DNA of 64,000 bases from the NCBI GenBank assembly GCA_045586505.1, contig JAZNAL010000013.1, positions 49,804-113,803 of the forward strand, written 5' to 3'. The translations under genes were made by a program, and so were the position numbers. This DNA comes from Candidatus Flemingiibacterium sp. (lineage in GTDB: Bacteria > Bacillota > Clostridia > Oscillospirales > CAG-272). Of this stretch, positions 58,753 through 64,000 are shown one piece after another. Each line of letters starts with the position of its first letter. Position 1 is the stretch's first letter. Below the pieces are notes generated by a model. The model was not told where the DNA came from. It did not search any database and saw nothing but the letters and a program-made list of their open reading frames with translations.

Positions 58753-61044
58753 ATGGCAGACAACGAAATCTTCTACCGGTTCTCCCCGTTCATACAGGAT
58801 TTCATTTACCGAAACGGCTGGCAGGATCTGCGCGCGGTGCAGCTTGCGGCGGCACGGGTGATATTCGATACAAACAAGAATCTGCTTATTACCTCCTCCA
58901 CTGCATCCGGTAAGACGGAGGCGGCATTCTTCCCGATCATCTCGCAGATGTATGAGGATATGCCGAAGAGCATTGGTACGTTGTATATCGCGCCGCTGAA
59001 AAGTCTAATCAACGACCAGTTTTCGCGTCTTGACGAGCTGCTTGATCTGACGGGTATCCCCGTGTTCCATTGGCATGGCGACGTTGCGCAGTCGCACAAA
59101 TCCAAGCTTCTGAAGGATCCCCGCGGTATTCTGCAGATCACCCCCGAATCCCTTGAAAGTATGCTCATGAACCGCTCCAACGACCTCGTGCGCCTGTTCG
59201 GCGACCTTAGGTATGTGGTCATCGACGAAATACACACTCTGACGGGTACTGACCGCGGCAATCAGATCATCTGTCAGCTCGTACGCCTTGCAAGGCTCAT
59301 CGGTCATACGCCGAGGCGTATCGGGCTTTCCGCCACCATCGGTGACGCATCCCTTGCGGCAGAATGGCTTGGCGGCGGCACGGATGTTGAGACTGTAGTG
59401 CCGGAGATAAACGAGGGCAAGACCAAATGGCGGCTCGGCATGGAGCATTTCTATATCCAAGGCGAGGATCTCGATCAAAGCCACGACTTCCAGGGTCAGG
59501 ACATAAAAAAAGAGCCCGAATCCACGGAGCCCTTGCAGGGTGAAGCGTCTATAGACGAGCCGTCTCACGGCAAGGTTGAGATCGATCCCGGTTACGAGTA
59601 CATCTACGACTGCGTCAAAAACAAAAAAGCGATCATCTTCTCAAACTCCCGCGAGGAGACCGAGTATGTGACCGCCACCATGCGTCAGATTGCCGATAAC
59701 CGTCATGAGACGGACAATTTCCTCATCCATCACGGCAACCTGTCCGCTTCAATTCGCGAGGAAGCCGAGTCCAAGATGAAAAACGACGAGATGAAGTGCG
59801 TCACCTGCGCCACCGTTACAATGGAGCTTGGAATCGACATCGGACGGCTTGAGCGCATTATACAGAACGATGCGCCGAACTCCGTGTCAAGCTTTCTGCA
59901 AAGACTTGGACGCTCGGGCAGACGCGGTACGCCGCCGGAAATGATGATGGTATTCCGAGAGGAAAATCCGCTTCCCAATACTCCGCTTCCACAGCTTATT
60001 CCGTGGGGATTTCTCCGCGCCATTGCTATTGTGCAGCTGTATATTGAAGAAAAATTCATCGAACCGCCATTTACCAAAAAGCTCCCCTTCAGCCTTGCAT
60101 TCCAGCAGACTCTTTCTACCCTTGCGTCCTCGGGCGAGCTGACGCCGAAGCGTCTCGCCGAGCGCATACTGACGCTTCCTGCATTTAAAAATATCGACAA
60201 GGAAGATTACCGCACACTGTTGCTCAGCATGCTGCAGAACGACTTTTTGGAGCTGACCGAGGAAAAAGGTCTGATAGTGGGCTTAAAGGGCGAGCGACTT
60301 ATAAACAGCTTCAAATTCTACGCCGTGTTCAAGGACAGCGAGGACTACACCGTCCGCTGTGAATCCGACGAGATCGGTACCATCACCACCCCGCCGCCGG
60401 TGGGCGACCGTTTCGCACTTGCGGGACGGGTCTGGGAGGTGGAGGAGCTGGATATTGCGAGAAAGCTCATCTATGTAAAGGCGGTCAAGGGAAAGATGGA
60501 GGTCTCTTGGCCCGGCGACTACGGCGAGATACACACAAAGATTCTGGAGCGTATGCGCCGAATACTGTACGAGGATACCGTTTATCCCTACTTAAAGCCA
60601 AATGCCCGCCATCGCCTTGAGGTCGTACGAAACCTTGCCCGCAATACCGGAATGCTGTCCCATTCGCTGGTGCCGCTTGGCGGCTACACCTGGTGTCTGT
60701 TCCCTTGGCTTGGTACTCGCTCTTTCAGAACACTTCGCAAATTCATCATGCAGAACGCCGCGCGCTTCAAGATCACCAACCTCGAATTTGAGGGCTGTTA
60801 CTACATGATGTTCAAAATGGAAAATGCGAGCGACTACGCCCTCATCAAAGGTCTTTGCGACATTATTGAGCGTGAGGGCATCGACAAGTCAAAGCTGGTG
60901 AATGCAAACGAAATGCCAGTGTTCGAAAAATACGACGACTATATACCCGCCGAGCTGCTCCGAAGGCAATACGCTGCGGACAAGCTCCGCACAGATGAAA
61001 TTAAACTGCGTCTGCCGCAGATACTCTCCGAGTACGAGGACTAA
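58753..61044 (+). CDS. DEAD/DEAH-box (Lhr/BrxHI-like) helicase (Shango-like helicase component)
   Basis: Q-motif region LRAVQ, motif I SSTASGKTEAAF, motif II VVIDEIH, SAT, and motif VI QRLGRSGRRG, plus a long C-terminal extension. Confidence 0.8.
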   Translation: MADNEIFYRFSPFIQDFIYRNGWQDLRAVQLAAARVIFDTNKNLLITSSTASGKTEAAFFPIISQMYEDMPKSIGTLYIAPLKSLINDQFSRLDELLDLTGIPVFHWHGDVAQSHKSKLLKDPRGILQITPESLESMLMNRSNDLVRLFGDLRYVVIDEIHTLTGTDRGNQIICQLVRLARLIGHTPRRIGLSATIGDASLAAEWLGGGTDVETVVPEINEGKTKWRLGMEHFYIQGEDLDQSHDFQGQDIKKEPESTEPLQGEASIDEPSHGKVEIDPGYEYIYDCVKNKKAIIFSNSREETEYVTATMRQIADNRHETDNFLIHHGNLSASIREEAESKMKNDEMKCVTCATVTMELGIDIGRLERIIQNDAPNSVSSFLQRLGRSGRRGTPPEMMMVFREENPLPNTPLPQLIPWGFLRAIAIVQLYIEEKFIEPPFTKKLPFSLAFQQTLSTLASSGELTPKRLAERILTLPAFKNIDKEDYRTLLLSMLQNDFLELTEEKGLIVGLKGERLINSFKFYAVFKDSEDYTVRCESDEIGTITTPPPVGDRFALAGRVWEVEELDIARKLIYVKAVKGKMEVSWPGDYGEIHTKILERMRRILYEDTVYPYLKPNARHRLEVVRNLARNTGMLSHSLVPLGGYTWCLFPWLGTRSFRTLRKFIMQNAARFKITNLEFEGCYYMMFKMENASDYALIKGLCDIIEREGIDKSKLVNANEMPVFEKYDDYIPAELLRRQYAADKLRTDEIKLRLPQILSEYED

Positions 61045-61286
61045 CCCCGTCCCACGGACAGGTCACACACCACAGCACCGCCCACTATAAGAAGAAGTGA
61101 CATCAGTGCGTGCTCAAGTTCGGCATATAAGAGCGGATACAGCCGCGCCGCGTCATACGCCTCAAGTGATGCAGTGGTAAACGCTATGTATATAAGTGCG
61201 GCGGCGACAAGCGGCAGTCCGCAGTTAAGTATCATCAGAGCGGCTCTGGAGGGGCATGTTTTTTTTAACGGTTTCTTTGTTTTCAT
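61041..61286 (-). CDS. small hypothetical membrane protein
   Basis: 81 aa with two hydrophobic helices. Convergent with the helicase gene. Confidence 0.4.
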   Translation of the reverse strand: MKTKKPLKKTCPSRAALMILNCGLPLVAAALIYIAFTTASLEAYDAARLYPLLYAELEHALMSLLLIVGGAVVCDLSVGRG

Positions 61287-61591
61287 TGACTTCTCCTCTG
61301 CTTTTCTGCATCCATTATACCATATGAGGAGTCGAAAGTCATCAATCGCTTTTTGGGAGCAGCCCCTGTCTTAACTTGCAGAGGAAGCATTATGAAAACG
61401 ATACCCATTATCTGAAAAAACCGTAAATAATGTCGCCGAAATGTGCCGCTCGAAGGTGCATTTGATAAGCTCGTAATACATGAATTGTAAGGAGAATCGC
61501 TACGGAAAACTCAAGGATAGGAGTATCAAGCGCCTGTTTCTATCCCGATGAAACGCTTGACTCCATAAAAAGATGCATCGGACTCGGGTTT

Positions 61592-62305
61592 ATGAATATC
61601 GAGATCTTCATGAACAGCTTTTCGGAGCTTGAAGAGCCGTATCTTAAAAGGATTGCCGAGGTCTGCCGTGAAAACGGTGTCAGGGTGACCGCCATCCATC
61701 CGTTTACCTCGGGCTTTGAATATATGTACTTTTTCTCTGCCTACAAAAAGCGTGCTCGCGATTCTGCGGATTATTTTTACCGCAAGTATTTCGAGGCGGC
61801 GGCATATCTCGGTGCGGATTACTTTGTATTCCACGGAGATGGCACCAAATCGCCATTTTTCGGGATGGATAACTACTGCGAGGTGTTGTCCATGCTCATG
61901 GAGACTGCGAGCAGTGAGGGCGTGACACTGGTGCATGAGAATGTTTCCACCGCGCGTGCGGGCAATCCCGAATTTATGCGGGAGGTTCACAAACGCTTTG
62001 GTGAGGGTCGCATCAAGTTTGTATTTGACTTGAAGCAGACGGTGCGCGGAGGATATGATCCGCACCTGATGCTTGACGCTATGGGGAGCGATATCGTTCA
62101 TGTGCACATCAACGACTGGAAAGACGGCGAATGCCGTCTGCCGTATGCGGGCAGTCTTGATGTAGACAGCGTTATCTCGCGGCTTGAAGCGGCCGGATAT
62201 GCAGGAAAATATATTATCGAGGTGTACAGACAAAATTTCAAGGATGACCGCGAGATCACCGCGGCGGCGGATGAGCTGCGTAGGCGAGACTATGCGGGTC
62301 AATAG
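61592..62305 (+). CDS. sugar phosphate isomerase/epimerase (xylose isomerase-like TIM barrel); true start probably upstream of the first ATG
   Basis: GADYFVFHGD and IEVY motifs. The frame stays open back to 61484. The upstream codons encode IGVSSACFYPDETLDSIKRCIGLGF, which looks like the genuine family N-terminus, but no ATG/GTG/TTG is available there. Confidence 0.7.
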   Translation: MNIEIFMNSFSELEEPYLKRIAEVCRENGVRVTAIHPFTSGFEYMYFFSAYKKRARDSADYFYRKYFEAAAYLGADYFVFHGDGTKSPFFGMDNYCEVLSMLMETASSEGVTLVHENVSTARAGNPEFMREVHKRFGEGRIKFVFDLKQTVRGGYDPHLMLDAMGSDIVHVHINDWKDGECRLPYAGSLDVDSVISRLEAAGYAGKYIIEVYRQNFKDDREITAAADELRRRDYAGQ

Positions 62306-62679
62306 CTCACAAGACGGAGTACAAAGTTATGAGCACAGGATGACGCAGAGTAGCAACCACATATGATTTCACATTTGTTGCAGACGGTGAAAAATTAACG
62401 TCAAAATACCCAAATCTCACTATGCCCCATATGAAATCGGTGACCGGTACCCTGTGAGAAAACACGAGGGTGCCTTCGGGGGGAGCATTTTATGTATTCA
62501 AAGCGTATGTGAATCCGTAATTTTATCGTGTCGACACTTCCATAAAAAGCCATTTTCACGACTTGTCGGAGGGTGGCTTTTTTGCATTATGCCCATAGTT
62601 ATATAACGCGATAGATAAAAATTTCGTTATACCATTACATTCACCAAAAATCAACATAAATAATCGTTGAAATTACCAA

Positions 62680-62708
62680 TTGACTTTTTTGCACAGATAC
62701 TATATAAT
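62680..62708 (+). promoter_or_regulatory. promoter of nrdD
   Basis: TTGACT-17 nt-TATAAT. Confidence 0.65.
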
Positions 62709-62725
62709 AGATACTGCACGGTCGA

Positions 62726-62777
62726 CAACACTATATATTGTGGTATCGTCGGTTTCGAGGTACTATATTTTGTGGTG
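62726..62777 (+). promoter_or_regulatory. tandem NrdR boxes
   Basis: CAACACTATATATTGTGG (62726-62743) and GGTACTATATTTTGTGGTG (62759-62777) resemble the NrdR consensus acaCwAtATaTwgtgt. They are spaced about three helical turns apart, just downstream of the -10 element. Confidence 0.65.
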
Positions 62778-62854
62778 TCGTGCCAAATGCTAAAGTTCCC
62801 CCTCTTTTGTAAACGGGGAGTTAATATACATAGTTTCAGTGAAGGAGAACGTCT

Positions 62855-64000
62855 ATGATTACTAAAATTGTTAAGCGCGACGGGCGCGAGGTACCGTTCA
62901 ATATCGAGAAGATCGCACAGGCGATCTTTAAGGCGGCTCAGGCTGTAGGTGGACATGATTATTCCACCGCCATGGACCTTGCCTGCAAGGTAGCTGATGC
63001 GCTTGAAGTAGAGTGCGGCGAGCGTGGCATTCCTACAGTCGAGCAGATCCAGGATACCGTGGAAAAGGTGCTGGTTAACAGCGGTCATGCCCGCACCGCC
63101 AAGGAATACATTCTCTACCGCGCACAGCGTACCCGTGCACGTGAGATGAATACCAAGCTGATGAAGACCTATGAGGATCTTACCTTCAAGGCGGCAAAGG
63201 ATTCCGATATCAAGCGCGAAAATGCCAATATCAACGGCGATACCGCTATGGGCACTATGCTCAAGTACGGCTCCGAGGGCGCAAAGCAGTTCTACGAGAT
63301 GTACATCCTCGACCCCGTTCATGCAAAGGCACACAATGAGGGCGAGATACATATCCATGACATGGACTTCCTGACGCTCACTACTACCTGCTGTCAGATA
63401 GATATCATCAAGCTCTTTGAGAAGGGCTTCTCCACCGGTCACGGCTTCCTTCGTTCCCCTAACGATATCGCGAGCTATGCGGCACTTGCCTGCATCGCGA
63501 TCCAGTCGAATCAGAACGACCAGCACGGCGGTCAGTCCATTCCCAACTTCGAATACGGCATGGCTCCCGGCGTTAAGAAGACCTACAAAAAGCACTACAG
63601 AAAGAACCTCGCAAAGGCTCTCGATCTGCTCTGCGGTATCGAGGACGCCGACACTGATGCAAGAGCATTACTCGATACCCTTAAAAACGAGGCTACTCTT
63701 GCAAACACTGCGGATTTTGTGTCCGAGATCACCTCGGTGCTCACCGAAAAATACGGCGAGACCACCGCGGCACGCATGATCGAGTTTACCCGCAAGTATA
63801 CCCTTGCCGAGACAGAGCGCGCTACCTATCAGGCAATGGAAGCGCTCATCCACAATCTCAACACAATGCACTCCCGCGCAGGCGCACAGATTCCGTTCAG
63901 CTCGCTTAACTATGGTCTTGATACCTCCGCCGAGGGACGTCTTGTGATGAAGTCCATCCTGCTTGCTACCGAAGCAGGTCTCGGAAACGGTGAAACTCCC
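62855..64000 (+). CDS. nrdD: anaerobic ribonucleoside-triphosphate reductase, N-terminal 382 codons (runs off the window)
   Basis: GAAGGAGA RBS. ATP-cone MITKIVKRDGREVPFNIEKI, then ..ENANINGDTAMG.., HIHDMD, CCQIDI: class III RNR signatures. The frame is open to the window end. Confidence 0.9.
   Translation, partial: MITKIVKRDGREVPFNIEKIAQAIFKAAQAVGGHDYSTAMDLACKVADALEVECGERGIPTVEQIQDTVEKVLVNSGHARTAKEYILYRAQRTRAREMNTKLMKTYEDLTFKAAKDSDIKRENANINGDTAMGTMLKYGSEGAKQFYEMYILDPVHAKAHNEGEIHIHDMDFLTLTTTCCQIDIIKLFEKGFSTGHGFLRSPNDIASYAALACIAIQSNQNDQHGGQSIPNFEYGMAPGVKKTYKKHYRKNLAKALDLLCGIEDADTDARALLDTLKNEATLANTADFVSEITSVLTEKYGETTAARMIEFTRKYTLAETERATYQAMEALIHNLNTMHSRAGAQIPFSSLNYGLDTSAEGRLVMKSILLATEAGLGNGETP

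Noticed and set aside
62651-63595. 314-aa minus-strand ORF
   Set aside because: It is antisense to nrdD, which has an unambiguous ATP-cone and class III RNR motifs, a strong RBS and NrdR boxes.
1-64000. CRISPR arrays, rRNA genes, IS elements with terminal inverted repeats
   Set aside because: No regularly spaced direct repeats, rRNA-like sequence or transposase ORFs were seen. The only tandem repeats are coding repeats inside the surface-protein genes.

Overview
The window looks like a spore-forming Clostridia chromosome (Oscillospiraceae/Ruminococcaceae-like, judged from spoIVA, SLH proteins, cohesin/dockerin modules and T-box leaders). Species cannot be assigned without a database. The layout has three parts.

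(1) 1-31.3 kb is GC-rich core genome. It carries the pheS 5' end with a T-box, an HPr-like gene, DUF1015, htrA, a D-Ala-D-Ala carboxypeptidase and a 1230-aa SLH surface protein. It continues with dnaC/dnaD-like genes, rex, icd, tsaD, rimI, dCMP deaminase, galU, an sbcD/sbcC-like pair and spoIVA. It ends with uxuA, hom, an aldehyde dehydrogenase, a Na/Pi cotransporter and thrS with a T-box.

(2) ~31.5-54.5 kb is a visibly more AT-rich accessory region that ends at a tRNA-Glu gene.
- First comes a serine-recombinase/XRE/HEPN-like module.
- Then a tyrosine recombinase sits next to a 22-bp inverted-repeat invertible promoter. It lies upstream of an operon for a dockerin-bearing M23+CHAP-like peptidoglycan hydrolase and a cohesin+SLH anchor.
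- The last ~8 kb is very AT-rich and holds defence-like genes. One is a 2-gene module with a papain-like Cys-peptidase protein. The other is a 4-gene operon: Fic, then a degenerate-helicase/double PD-(D/E)xK protein, then an unknown, then a frameshifted SIR2-like gene.

(3) 54.5-64 kb holds stand-alone tRNA-Glu(CUC) and tRNA-Gln(CUG) genes. A TerB/ATPase/helicase (Shango-like) operon with an embedded YbaK-like gene follows. After it come a sugar-phosphate isomerase and the 5' part of nrdD with NrdR boxes.

No rRNA genes or CRISPR arrays were seen. All functional calls come from motif recognition by eye, not database searches.
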